A DNA stretch of 64,000 nucleotides from Octopus bimaculoides. Its lineage: Eukaryota. The stretch is taken from positions 4,211,519-4,275,518 of the forward strand of contig NC_068994.1 of the NCBI RefSeq assembly GCF_001194135.2, read 5' to 3'. Of this stretch, positions 19,757-31,906 are shown piece after piece; position 1 is the first letter of the stretch, and every line of letters begins with the position of its first letter. Under the pieces are notes generated by a model, which ran no database searches, was not told the DNA's origin, and saw only the letters and a program-made list of their open reading frames with translations. The position numbers and the translations under genes were made by a program.

Positions 19757-20902
19757 TTATTTCGTCTGATAAAGCTGTGCTGCCGCTGGGGCAGAGACGG
19801 TGACGGCTCCTTGGTACATTTGAATGGTAGGGAAGATCTGTGTGGTCGCCGGAGATATCTGTATTGTGCTCGGAAAGATATGTGTGACAGGATTCATCTG
19901 GGTGTAGAGCGGATAGACTTGAGTGCCGGCCGGGTAGGTGGCTTGAGTGCTGCTCGCCACCACGTTCGAGTTGAGGTGGTGGCTAACATTCACTCCCGAG
20001 TGCTGTGGTTGGCTGGAGATGTCGACAACCGAGGCACTTGCTTGTTGGCTAGCAACCACTGCGTGTTGTGATGTATTCACACTGACAGCACAACTGGTAT
20101 TCACTCCGGAGTTACTGTTAGCGGCAACTGTAGTGCTGCTAGTCTGTTTGTCTTTGTTAGGTTTATTATTGGTATTTGAAGAACTACTACTACTACTACT
20201 ACTACTGTTACTATTACTACTACTACCACCACCACCACCACCAGTACTGCTGTTGTTGTTGTTACTGCTGCTGATTGGTGTTGGGGAGGCTTCTGTTGTG
20301 ATTGCTGTTGTTGTTGCCAGTGTAACGTTGTTGTTGTTGTTGTTGCTGTTGTTGCGTAGCGGCACGCAGCTTATTTTGATGCCGTTCTTGTTTGGCCGAT
20401 TGTGTTTGACGAGGTGGTCTTTGCGGGAGAAGGCGAACCCACAGATCTGACACCTGAACGGCCGCTCGCCCGTGTGGATCCTCTGGTGCACCTTCAGGTA
20501 CGACCGGTGCACAAACGTTTTGCGACAGATCTCGCAGCTGAATCGCTTCTCCAGCTGATGCGTGCCTCGGTGCCGTGCCAGGTGGTCGCTGCGGTAGAAC
20601 GCGCAGCCGCAGATCTGACACTTGAAAGGGCGCTCACCGGTGTGAATCCTCTTGTGGAGCTTCAAGTGGTCTCTTCGCGACAGGCACTTGCCACAGATGT
20701 CACACTTGTACTGCTTGTCGGATGTTGCCCCCGGTGCCACCGACAGAGCCATGCCACTGTCCCCTGCAATATTAGCAGCAGCCAGCACGACAGCTTGTTG
20801 ATTACCGCTGCTGCTGTTGTGAAGAGTGTGTCCATGGTGATGGTTATGGTGATGGTGATTGTGATGATGATGGCCAATATGATTGCAACTATTTCCCTCC
20901 AT
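19757..20902 (-). CDS. ZNF-B: C2H2 zinc-finger protein, 381 aa (N-terminal His-rich tract, 3 canonical fingers plus 1 lacking the last His, low-complexity N/S/G/Q tail)
   Basis: ORF with [73 protein letters not shown] and [17 protein letters not shown]. Polypyrimidine tract plus AG acceptor just upstream (minus strand, 20917-20912). Confidence 0.92.
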   Translation of the reverse strand: MEGNSCNHIGHHHHNHHHHNHHHGHTLHNSSSGNQQAVVLAAANIAGDSGMALSVAPGATSDKQYKCDICGKCLSRRDHLKLHKRIHTGERPFKCQICGCAFYRSDHLARHRGTHQLEKRFSCEICRKTFVHRSYLKVHQRIHTGERPFRCQICGFAFSRKDHLVKHNRPNKNGIKISCVPLRNNSNNNNNNVTLATTTAITTEASPTPISSSNNNNSSTGGGGGGSSSNSNSSSSSSSSSSNTNNKPNKDKQTSSTTVAANSNSGVNTSCAVSVNTSQHAVVASQQASASVVDISSQPQHSGVNVSHHLNSNVVASSTQATYPAGTQVYPLYTQMNPVTHIFPSTIQISPATTQIFPTIQMYQGAVTVSAPAAAQLYQTK

Positions 20903-21960
20903 CGCAACTCCCTATCTAACACATACAGGAAAGATAACAGACGTAGTTCAGTCTAATGGCTGCACACAGCCATGTCAGGATGTAATTCAAGAAAAGACTC
21001 AGTTGTATTTAGTTAACGATTCTTGGAAGAAAACGACATCTTGTAGAACATGGATGATGTCTTTTTTTACTTTAGTTTTGTTGTTAAACAACAAAGAACA
21101 AGAAAATGGTAGACAATAATAAGACAATTTCTAATTCCTCTTCCTTTGTTGTTTGGATATTAACATCCAAAATCCAACTCAAGAATCTTCACTGAACCAA
21201 GATATTCATGGATTATCTTAGGAAATGGCAGTTCAATGTAGGATTAAATTCTTGGAAAGTTATTTGCTTTTAATTACTGTTGTTGATTATCAGTATCAAT
21301 AATGATGATGATGTTAATGATAATCTGATAATTTAGTGATCTGTGATTAATGATTGAAGAACTGGGTTTCTTAATCACTATGGAGCATCTATAAATTGTC
21401 ACGTGCCTCAACGACACCAGAACACTTGTGGAATAAAAGTTGAACCACTTCAGACAATTCTGAATTCTTCAAGTATTGAAAAAAAATCAGCCAGTACAGT
21501 ATCACCATTCACTATATATACATGTGTGTGTAAATGTGTTTTTATGCGAAGCTGTTGAGCGTCAATACACGTGTATTTGTGTGTGTGTGTAGATTGAAGG
21601 GCAATACTTATGATAATCAAGTGAGTTGGACAAACCTGTATCTGATGGCACTATGTGAGAATTCTTGGGATCACAGAGTGAGACTGTCTTCCATGTAAAA
21701 ATCTGTATGTATAGATGTGTATATGTATGCCTGCATATAACATCTATAATTGTCTATATATATAGACACACAACACAATATGTCCTATAAATCAATATGT
21801 ATGTATGTATAAAGATGTATGTGTCAGGTAGCAGGTGTAGTTTCACAGTTCTCTTCCTGAGGGGTCTCAACTAATCTGTAAGGAGGCTTTCCAAACAGAA
21901 AAATCCTGAGGGGAAAAAAACCCCAAAAACTCCTTTTCTCTCAAAGGGTAAAATGCAGGA

Positions 21961-22011
<51 letters not shown>

Positions 22012-22182
22012 ACCTTAATCCAAAGAGTCTATGCAGGGTGTATATGCAAATACAAAAATCTGTTTGGTTGTGATGGAGCTCGGTGAAGTTTAGATATAAG
22101 TTTAGCTGTTTTCAATCTGAAATAGAAGAAAAGATATTTGTAAAATCAAAATAATTTTTTTTTTAATGTGGTTAACAAACAC

Positions 22183-22350
22183 ATCATCGTCATCATCATC
22201 ATCATTTAACATCTGCTCTCCATGCTGGCATGTGTTGGATGGTTTGACTGAGGACTGGTGAGCCAGATGGCTGCACCAGGCTTCAATCTGATCTGACACA
22301 GTTTCTACAGCTGGATGCCCTTCCTAACACCAACCACTCCAAGAGTGTAT
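22183..22350 (-). mobile_element. SINE family B 3' part
   Basis: (CAT)n ttaacatctgctctccatgctggc...ggatgcccttcctaacaccaacc. Confidence 0.8.
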
Positions 22351-22979
22351 TATATATATAAAATAAAAATGAAAAAAATACATATTAAGTACAGAACATC
22401 AAGGAATGAAAAATACGTAAACACGCAACGAGAGACAAGTACATGACAAAAAAACCAAAAGAACTCTAACTCCTCCTCAGTTGGCAACTATTTATTACTA
22501 CCTGTTTTGTGCTTTTAACGACAAGACAGGAAAACTTCAGAAGACAGCAGCATCCAGAAATTTTAAAACTATAAAATTTGTGGAGAGTTAGGGCTTCGAA
22601 CGAACAAACAGCAACAGAGTGGACGTACAGAAACGATCGATGAAGACAGATGTTTAGGGCTGTTAGACGAAGATGAATTGTAATGGGTAACGGCTGGGAG
22701 AGATTTTGAAAGGATACAGAATAAGTAGAAGAGAAAAAAAGATATTGGGAGGTGAGAGAAATGACGTCCAGCCAGCTGGACGTCCCATCCAGAAAAGACA
22801 GGGAGACGAGCAAAATTGCCTCAGAAATTATTCAGACAAAAAACAAACAATACCAAAAAACTGACCAAAATATTTTTCAATATGTTTGATTACAGGTATG
22901 TTCAGTTAAGGTTGGCTTGAGCCTCAACAGCAGCAGTAGCAGCAGCAGCAATAACAGCTATTATAAAATGTCGGTTAAC

Positions 22980-23300
22980 AAGGGAACATGTACAAGGTCA
23001 CACGATTTTGCTAGAAATACCTGTTAGATCTTCGTTCAATCATACTCTGCATGTGAAAAAATGACATAACAGACAATGTAATCCTAGATATGTTATGCCT
23101 GAAAGAAACAGGGCTGATCATGGTTGGAACGTCTTTGACGACAGGTCAGCTGGTTTAGGTTCGACCTTGGGTTAAACAACAATAGCAGTAGCGGCAAATC
23201 TGTGGATCTCCCAACTGTTTGACCAATCCATCTTCACGACAAAGGGTAGCTGGATCAAGGTTGGCCTGGGGTTAAACAACAATGACAACAACAACAATGC
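22980..23300 (+). mobile_element. Retroposon family E 3' ends with (CAA)n tail (two copies)
   Basis: gacc..gggttaaacaacaa termini. Related pieces at 781-850, 12540-12790, 33850-34045, 39815-39850, 51205-51255 and 55025-55090. Confidence 0.55.
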
Positions 23301-24005
23301 TGGATAATGTTGGCCTGTGTACACTGCACCTGAATAATAGCAGGGTTTGATGGGAGAGAGAGTTTGGCTGCTATTTCTAGCATATTGAACGATTAGGTGA
23401 CACCAGGTAACACACACACACACACACACAGCAAATGACTTTGTGGATCAGGATTGCCCCAGGTATTGTTGACCATCGCCAAATGTAAGAAGATCTGTTA
23501 CACATCGGGAATCTAGCAAAACAAATTCATAAAAGATTGAGCTATACAACAACAACTACCTGCCTGTCATAGGACTGACCTCGGGTTATAAAACTTCAGT
23601 GACTATTAATGACACGGTGTGGGGGGGGGGGGTGAATCAGTTACTAAACAGTGGAAAGAGAGCGAGAGAGAAAGGACTGATAGAGAGGTGCACTGAGTGA
23701 CACATTAATTACCACCACCACTACCACTACCGCCTTCTTATGAAGTGACAGTCTAGAGAAGTTTGTTGATCACCAAACTGACCACTCTCACACAAATAAA
23801 TACTGTTGAACCACTGGACAGAGAGAGAGGAGTGGCAATGGTGGAGAGGCCTTCTACATGGTTATTAATCTGGTAAAAATAACAACCAAATCGCCAAAGG
23901 TCTCCGCATTTGTATTGTGTATGCACTTTCATTTTTGTTGTATCTTTTTCCTTTACCAACAACAGACCTTAAAACACAAGGTGAGGTGGACTAAGCCTAA
24001 GTTAG

Positions 24006-24305
24006 CATCATCATCATGATCATCATTGTTTAATGTCCGCTTTCCATGCTGGCATGGGTTGGACAGTTTGACTGAGGGCTGGCAAGCCAGGAGGCTGCAA
24101 CAGGCTCCAATCTGATCCAGCAATGTTTCTACAGCTGGATGCACTTCCTAATGCCAACCAGTCCGAGAGTGTAGTGGGTGCTATTTATGTTCCACTGGCA
24201 CAGGGGCCAGTCAGGGGGTACTGGCATCAATCACATTCGGATAGTGCTTTTTACGTGCCACCAGCACAGGGGCCAGTCAGGGGGTACTGGCATCGACCCC
24301 GTTTG
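24006..24305 (-). mobile_element. SINE family B
   Basis: Family B body with a duplicated cacaggggccagtcagggggtactggcatc. Abuts the LINE relic. Also a short piece at 24785-24840 and a copy at 28043-28225. Confidence 0.8.
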
Positions 24306-24309
24306 GTCT

Positions 24310-24680
24310 ACTCCTTATACAGAGTCTGACCATCTCCTGTACCCACACCTTAGAACCATCATGGCATCTGATGTGGTTTTTTAAACCAGACAATGTTTTG
24401 AAAGGATACCCACATAGATTGCATATCTGATTTGGACCACCATGAGTTGCAGATAAGTTCTGATCTTTGTGGATCTTAAAATGTCTTTTGAGGCCTCCGT
24501 TAGATTTGCAAACCTTCTGGCATACATTGCATTCAAAGGTGTGCACAGACATATAGAATAGTTGGTAGAGGTTCGTTTTCCATGGGTTCACAAATTAGAT
24601 TTGAGCCCAGCAAAAGAAAGGCATCGTCTGCCACAAACTGGGCACACAGAAAGGTCATTGTGATTCACCTTCTCGATCAT
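24310..24680 (-). mobile_element. 5'-truncated LINE 3' end (RTE/CR1-like) encoding three decayed C2H2 fingers
   Basis: CPVCGRRCLSFAGLKSNL*TH (stop at 24590-24588), a frameshift, then CNVCQKVCKSNGGLKRHFKIH and CNLCGYPFKTLSGLKNHIRCH. The CxxCxxxCxSxxGLxxH style resembles LINE ORF2 C-termini, not the TGEKP-linked fingers of this cluster. Confidence 0.65.
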
Positions 24681-24839
24681 AACAGACAGACAGATATGTT
24701 AATATTTGTTTTTATGTTCAGTTGTAATAAAAACAAATTTACTTTAATCTGATGAGTCTCTCACTTTATTTTATATAAGTATATCATCATCATCATCGTT
24801 TAACGTCCGTTTTCCATGCTGGCGTGGGTTGGACGGTTC

Positions 24840-25072
24840 TTTTACTTGTTTCAATCATTTCACTGCAGCCATACTGGAAATATATTTTATACATTTATTC
24901 ATTTCAGTAATGTGACTGTGGTCATGCTGGAGCACCACCTTATGGGGTTTTTCAGTTGAAGAAATTGACCTCAGGATCTATTCTTTTTGTAAGCCTGGTA
25001 CTTATTCCATCAGTCTCTTTTGCTGAACTGCTACATTATGGGGACATAAACACACCAAAATTGGTTGTCAAC
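24840..25072 (-). mobile_element. SINE family A 3' fragments
   Basis: gtaagcctggtacttattc...gctgaactgcta...gacataaacacacc. Confidence 0.7.
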
Positions 25073-25239
25073 TATAAATATATAGTTAAAATGTACAGAA
25101 AACAAAAGACAAAGACAGGTGAGGGAACTACAAGCAGGTGTGTTAGTTTGACACTCAAGAAGAATGGAAAAGTCTTCGACATTTTGAGCCTGTGCTCTTT
25201 GATAGAAAGGATAGAGAGGAGAACATGGAAAAAAGAAGG

Positions 25240-25270
<31 letters not shown>

Positions 25271-25461
25271 NNNNNNNNNNNNNNNNNNNNNNNNNNNNNN
25301 NNNNNNNNNNNNNNNNNNNNNNNNNNNNNNNNNNNNNNNNNNNNNNNNNNNNNNNNNNNNNNNNNNNNNNNNNNNNNNNNNNNNNNNNNNNNNNNNNNNN
25401 NNNNNNNNNNNNNNNNNNNNNNNNNNNNNNNNNNNNNNNNNNNNNNNNNNNNNNNNNNNNA

Positions 25462-25620
25462 CGCCAGCCAGTCATGAGTGGTCGATCCCAACCCCAACCC
25501 TAAACACGTATTCATTTGCACACACCGGTTAGGGATAGGGTTAGGGTTAGGGTTAGGGACAGGGTCAGGGCTAGGATCAACCACTCACGACTAGCTAGCG
25601 CGACCGCGCGCTCGGGACCG
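25462..25620. repeat. Hairpin element with a telomere-like (TTAGGG) core
   Basis: 27-bp inverted arms 25462-25488 and 25574-25600 (4 mismatches) enclose caaccccaaccctaa and 7 NNAGGG hexamers (25529-25570, four perfect TTAGGG). A GC hairpin gcgcgaccgcgcgc follows. Confidence 0.8.
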
Positions 25621-25668
25621 TGCTGCTTTAGTAGTACCTATATATATATATATATATATATATACATA

Positions 25669-26040
25669 GGCGCAGGCGTGGCTGTGTGGTAAGAAGCTTG
25701 CTTCCCAACCACATAATTCCATGATCAGTCCCACTGCGTGGCACCTTGGGCAAGTGTCTCCTACTATAGTCTCGAGCTGACCAAAGCCTTGAGTAGCTTT
25801 GGTAGAGAGAAACTGAAAGAAGCCCGTCGTGTATATATATATATATATATATATGTTTGTTCCCCCACCATCGCTTGACAACCGATGTCGGTGTGTTTAT
25901 GTCCCCGTAACTTAGCGGTTCGGCAAAAGAGACCGATAGAGTAAGTACTAGGCTTACAAAGAATAAGTCCTCGATTTGTTCGACCAAAGGCGGTGCTCCA
26001 GTATGGCAGTAGTCAAATGACTTGACTGAAACAAAAGAAT
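25669..26040 (+). mobile_element. tRNA-derived SINE family A, near full length
   Basis: A-box-like tggctgtgtggtaa, then gcaccttgggcaagtgtct, gaaactgaaagaagcc, an internal (TA)n, cttagcggttcggcaaaag, and tail gtgctccagtatggc...gactgaaac. Confidence 0.85.
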
Positions 26041-26139
26041 TTTTAAAAATACAGACATACATCTATAGCTATACATATTCAAATATTCTGCGAGAACATG
26101 TATAGCCATGGAGAACTATTACCTTGTTTCGAAAACAGG

Positions 26140-26250
26140 TGAGGGTCGGCGACAGAAAGTGCACCCGCTTATAGAATCTTAACCTGAATAAACTTCGCCT
26201 GGTCCATGCAGGCATGGAAAAGCGGACGTTAAAACTATGATGATGGTGAT
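26140..26250 (+). mobile_element. RTE-type 3' tail fragment
   Basis: gaaaacaggtgagggtcggcgacagaaag...gcatggaaaagcggacgttaaaactatgatgatg. Relatives at 385-470 and 41020-41110. Confidence 0.6.
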
Positions 26251-27285
26251 TGTTGTATACATATATTTAAGTATATATGTTCAGGTACAGATATACACCG
26301 TAATTGATCGTTGAATAAATATTCGCGTCGTCTTGAGTTGATTTGAAAAATTTGTTGAGAAACTGAACATTATCCACACAAAACTTCACTAATTAACATC
26401 GATGTCCTAGTAGTGTATTTGTGGATCAAGGACTAATGTGATTGTGGGGAATGTACCGCCTCGATTACACGACACAAAATAGACAAAAAGAAAAAAAAAA
26501 GAGAGGGAAATAAATATCAAACTATTTTTGAACTAAGGAAAAGCCTTCGTCAAAATCGATATCCGTACATGAAGTAGTCAATATTTAAATTATTGGATTA
26601 GCCACGGCACACAACGATACAATACATTCATACTTTACAATATATGTATGTATGTGTGTCTGTACGTATTTATAGGTGTAATTGTAGTTGGACAAGTTTT
26701 ATTAATAGCGGAGCCAACGTATTAAAAATAACCACTGAAAACTTATTCTGGCCTGAATATTTATATTTCTTTCATGACATGTAAACTCTGAAAAACTATA
26801 TACTATAAGGTTATATTGGTACATAGAAACATACATATAACATATAAATACATATATATAATCACTTAATAGGGAGTGAGTACCTAAGAGGAAAGATGTT
26901 GGTGGTGGGGAAAAAAAGGAAACGTGGTTTGTGAATGATTTTAGGAAAAATATTGTCTGGAGTTCACAGACGAATGAAGTTGTAAAATGGAGGAGTGGGG
27001 AGAAGTGAGAAAAGAGCGGCTTGTCTGGTCGATATTTCTAGGGCAAGAAGCGAAACCTGATCACTATCTTTATTACATTTGGCCTATATATGTGTCTCTC
27101 TCTTTATATATATATATATATATATATCTGCAAGTGTTGTGTATGTGTTAGGTTATATGTGTAAAGAGGAAGTCTTACTGGATATATTTGAAAGGGAAGT
27201 TGATATGTAGAGAATTAAATAAAAGAAGTGGCGATACGTAATGTGATCACCGACTTTAGAATTGCTTTAAGAACACAAAACTCAC

Positions 27286-27480
27286 CTCAGCCGAGAACAA
27301 CATCGATTGAACCTTCGTCCAATCTGTCCGAATATCTCAGCTACGGCAGGCGTCAGTTGGCAAGTAACGCCACTGGACATTTCGGCATTGGTCAATCAAT
27401 GAAATGGCACACATATTCGGCAGATAGGGGTCCGATTTAGGCAGACAATGTGACCGGGAGAGAAGAAGCTAGAGTTTTTT
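27286..27480 (-). promoter_or_regulatory. Putative non-coding first exon and promoter of ZNF-B
   Basis: CpG-rich island ending in the consensus minus-strand donor CTGAG|GTGAGT at 27285. It matches the acceptor just upstream of the ZNF-B ATG, implying an intron of about 6.4 kb. Confidence 0.5.
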
Positions 27481-28000
27481 TACACAACCATCGAAGTAAA
27501 CAAAGGGGGAGATAATAACAATAAAGAAAAAACGTTAGAAATACGACACACAGACAGACAGCCGGATTAAATATTCCATACCTCATATCTTACATATACC
27601 AACTATATTTACATATTTTCCTTCATGAAAATGCATATTATCAAATAAAACAATATCATATTTTATATCAATCGGAACTACTAATTAGAACAGACGGAGG
27701 TAGTACGTATTTCATATGGAGTGTTTTTTCAATGAAAGGACTTTTATTACGAACACCGTTTGTCTTGCATGGTTTTTTTTTTCTCCCTCTGATTTCTCTT
27801 TACAGCAGACTTAGTTTGAATTCTGTTTCTACAGGTCACTGTTTCACTCGAGTTAAATCTTATCGAATTTTAAGTACTGTTCCAGACAACCGTTAACACT
27901 AAACAGGAAAATATAAGCACATCACTTGTACACCTTGCGTGTGTTTGTGTGCATATATGTACATATATATATATATATATATGAAATATGTATATATATA

Positions 28001-28038
<38 letters not shown>

Positions 28039-28297
28039 GTATCATCATCATCGTTTAACGTCTGCTTTCCATGCTGGCATGGGTTGGACGGTTTGACTGG
28101 GGACTAGTGAGCCAGATGGCTGCACCAGGCTCCAATCTGATCTGGCCGTGCAGTGGGTGCTTTTACGTGCCACCAGCACGAGGGCCAGTCAGGCAGTACT
28201 GGCAACGGCCACTCTCAAATGGCCACTTCTTTGGCCGGGTTTGAAGAAATGCCAATATTGCTTAGTGGCAATATTGACATGGAACTAATGGTAACAT

Positions 28298-28332
<35 letters not shown>

Positions 28333-28699
28333 GTATGTTAGCCAACTGATTCAACAACAGGCTTATGTAGTGTACCAAATGGATTTGTAATAAATCTGAA
28401 AGATCTTACATCAGTAACACCCTTTATAAACTGTACATCCACATTAACCCTTCAGAATTTAAACTGGTCATTTCTGGCCAAAATATTCTACATATTTTAT
28501 GTCCAAATTGGCCAGATCCAACCTCGCCCATCAATCCTACAACGTCATTCCAAAAATAAACAGTTGCATTATCAAAATGATAAAAATACGAGATAATGAA
28601 GTCGAAAAGTTCTGGGAGTTCCTCTGTCCTGACAGCTTTAGAAGTCTGTGGGAATTCTTCAACACTTGCAAATGCCTAATTCCATGTTTAAGCTGTAAT

Positions 28700-29040
28700 T
28701 AATAGTGTTAAGTATTGTACATAAAAAACACCATTTTGAGCATGGCCATTGCCAGTACCGTCAGACTGGCCCTTGTGCAGGTAGCACATAAAAATACCTT
28801 TTGAGCATAGTCGTTGCCAGTACCACCTGACTGGCCCTTATGCCGGGGGCATGTAAAAGCACCGACTACACTCGCGGAGTGGTTGGCATTAGGAAGGGCA
28901 TCCAGCTGTAGAAACATTGAAAGATCAGATTGGAGCCTGGTGCAGCCTTCTGGCTTGCTAGTCCTCAGTCAAATCGTCCAACCCATGCTAGCATGGAAAG
29001 TGGATGGTAAACGACGACAATGATGATGATGATGATGATC
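28700..29040 (+). mobile_element. SINE family B with RTE-like 3' end and (GAT)n tail
   Basis: ggttggcattaggaagggcatccagctgtagaaac...ccatgctagcatggaaag...aaacgacgacaatgatgatg. The GGAAGGGCATCC motif is typical of RTE-related tails. Confidence 0.85.
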
Positions 29041-30404
29041 GTCTTTCTTCTCACCTTGTAGGGTTTTTTTTTTATGTGTTGGTTATGTTGGTGAGAACTA
29101 TGTCTTCAGCAAATTCAGCATCTGATATCTTTTTAGCCTTGTCCCTCCTGCCCTGAGCCAGCGCTACAGTAAAGCCAGAGTCCTGGTGTTTCTCCAGTGC
29201 AAGGCGCATACAATGGTCCACCACAATGATACAAAAGTAAGGAGCCAATGTATCTCCTTATCTAGTTAGTTCTCTCTATATAAGGCATATCAAGTTGCAA
29301 CACGAGCTCGCCAATCAGCTGTTTTCTAGCAAAAAAAACTTCCTGTACTTTTCAGCTAAGGCAGAGAATGGTTAACTGTTGGCTTTGTCTATCTTGTATT
29401 TTACCTATGATGTGGTGAAGGCCATGGCTGGCACAGCTTTATTTCAGCAATATCATTTTATTGCAGTGATTCCACAATTCTAATTTGAGTCATCACAATT
29501 TTTGACAAAATAACACACACACACACAGAGAAACGCATACACACACACACACGTATTCTATGTGGCTGTCTCTGAGCCCTCCATAGCAGTTCTATAGAAC
29601 TATCATGTTACATTTCTCCAATTATCATTATCAATATATTGTTCTCACCATCTTAAATGGCTCTCTTTCTAAGAAAGACAATTTAATTTTGAGCACGACG
29701 CATTCAATTATGCTACAAATTTGATAAAACTATTAAGACTATCACACAAGACATATTGTTTATGCTGGCCATTTCTCCTTTTAAATTGGTAACTGAGGGA
29801 GACAAACACTTCTAAACACTTGCTAACAATTAAAGAACCAATATGTCACGATTATTCACTTATTATCAATGAATTGCTCACACTCTCTTCAATAATTCTA
29901 TGTTTCTAAGAAGGACAATTTAATTAGAAATATGAGCCGTTTAATTATATTACTTCACACACAACACATCAACAATTAGTCGTTGCTGGCCAATGACTCC
30001 ACCTCCCCATCCCTCCCACCATATTGACAACCTTGATTGAACTGCCATTAGCTTACAGTCTCTTGCCCTATTATCTCCTTTGTAGACAGAGACAGACCAT
30101 TCATCCTCTTCACGCCCCCTGGACTATGCTAAAACGGAAGATGTAAATATCGACAACACAGGTAAGATTCTTGTGTTCTCCCTCAGGGGACTAACAACCT
30201 AATGCAGTGTTTCTCGACCAATTTTTACCTATGGACGCTTTTCCTTTCTATTCCAATCTATGGGGCCCTCGTAACTATTCAATGTTTAAAAAATCCATCG
30301 ACCTCTATGGGAGTACGACTGATGTGTTACTGACATGTAACATGGGAGAGCTGGAGGTGTGACTGATATGTAACAGGAGACATCACGAGGTGTAATATTG
30401 GGTA

Positions 30405-30573
30405 GCTGGATTACATCGACCCCAGTGCGTAACTGGTACTAATTTAATCGACCCTGAAAGGATGAAAGGCAAAGTCAACCTTGGTGGTATTTGAACTCAG
30501 AACATAGCGGCAGACGAAATACTGCTAAGCATTTCGTCCGGTGTGCTAACAATACTACCAGCTCACCACCTTC

Positions 30574-30608
<35 letters not shown>

Positions 30609-30978
30609 TGATGATGATGATGATGATTTCAAAATTTTGGTGTAAGGCCAGCAATTTTAAGGAAGAGGGTAAACTAATTATAACAACCCCAGTGATCAAC
30701 TGGTACTTAATTCATTGGCACCTAAAAGGATGAAAGGCAAAGTCTACTTTGGCAGAATTTGATTCCAGAATGTAAAGAGGAAGAAATGCCACCAAGCATT
30801 CTGTTGAATGTGCCAACAAATCTACCAGCTTACTAATGATAATAATAATAATAATTCTTTCTACTACAGGCATAAGGCTTGATATTGTTACGGAGGGCAC
30901 TAGCTGATTACACTGATCCCAGTGTTTCACTGGTACTTAATTTATTGACCCCGAAAGATTGAAAAGCAAAGTTGACCT
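30405..30978 (-). mobile_element. Three tandem SINE family D copies separated by (AAT/GAT)n
   Basis: Repeated gaaaggatgaaaggcaaagtc...gaactcagaac. Others at 34615-34860 and 55120-55325. Confidence 0.8.
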
Positions 30979-30979
30979 C

Positions 30980-31265
30980 CTGCGTGACACCTTGGTCTTG
31001 TACTATAGCCTTGGGAGTGGATCTGGTAGATGGAAACTCAAAGAAGCCCGTCGCATATATATATATGTGTGTGTATGTTTGTCCCCCCACCATCACTTGA
31101 CAATTGATACTGGTGTATTTACATACCTGTAACTTAGCGGTTCAGCAAAGAGAACGACAGAATAAGTACTAGGCTTACAAAGAATAAGTCCTGGGGTTGA
31201 TTTGCATGACTAAAGGCGGTGCTCCAGCATGGCCACAGTCAAAATGACCAAAACAAATAAAAGAA
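30980..31265 (+). mobile_element. SINE family A
   Basis: ggtagatggaaactcaaagaagcccgtc...cttagcggttcagcaaag...gtgctccagcatggccacagtc. Confidence 0.8.
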
Positions 31266-31906
31266 AAAAAAAATACCAGTTTCTTTTGGTGTATTTTATT
31301 TAATTGCTAAAATGACTCTTTTATGATGTAATTATTTCATTTTTTAATGCACAATCTCAGATCAAGTCACTTACCAAAACAAATATATATATAAAAGGGG
31401 GGCGAGGGCAAAATAATTTTAACAATGAGAACTGAGAACTCAAAAGAGAACTCAAGAGAGAAATGTATAATGTTTTTATTCAGTTGCTGGATTATTCTCT
31501 AGTCACATTACAACTAATAGTTTCACCCTGATCTCTTCATCAGGTAAATCGTTCTAAACCATTTTTATGGTTTGGTCATAATAAAGTAGAAAGGTGGATT
31601 AGAATAGATTGTGGTGAAACTATTAGTTGTAATAAGAACTGGTTACCAGTTCAAATACGCCTGGGGGACTATTTGAACCCCCTAAGATAGCCATTCACTG
31701 CATTTTGTTATGGAGAAAATTTCTTGCTGGAGATGAATAGGCATAAATACATGGGTGGGGGTGGGGGGTCCAGCTTGCAGCATCCCCTGACCAGACTGTT
31801 GGATGCATGCATTTTAGAGTGGTTGTAATGTGACTGAAAGATAATCGAGTCTTGTGAACAAAACGTGTGTGTGTGTGTGAAAGTGTAGCTGTTCTCTTTA
31901 TTGTTT

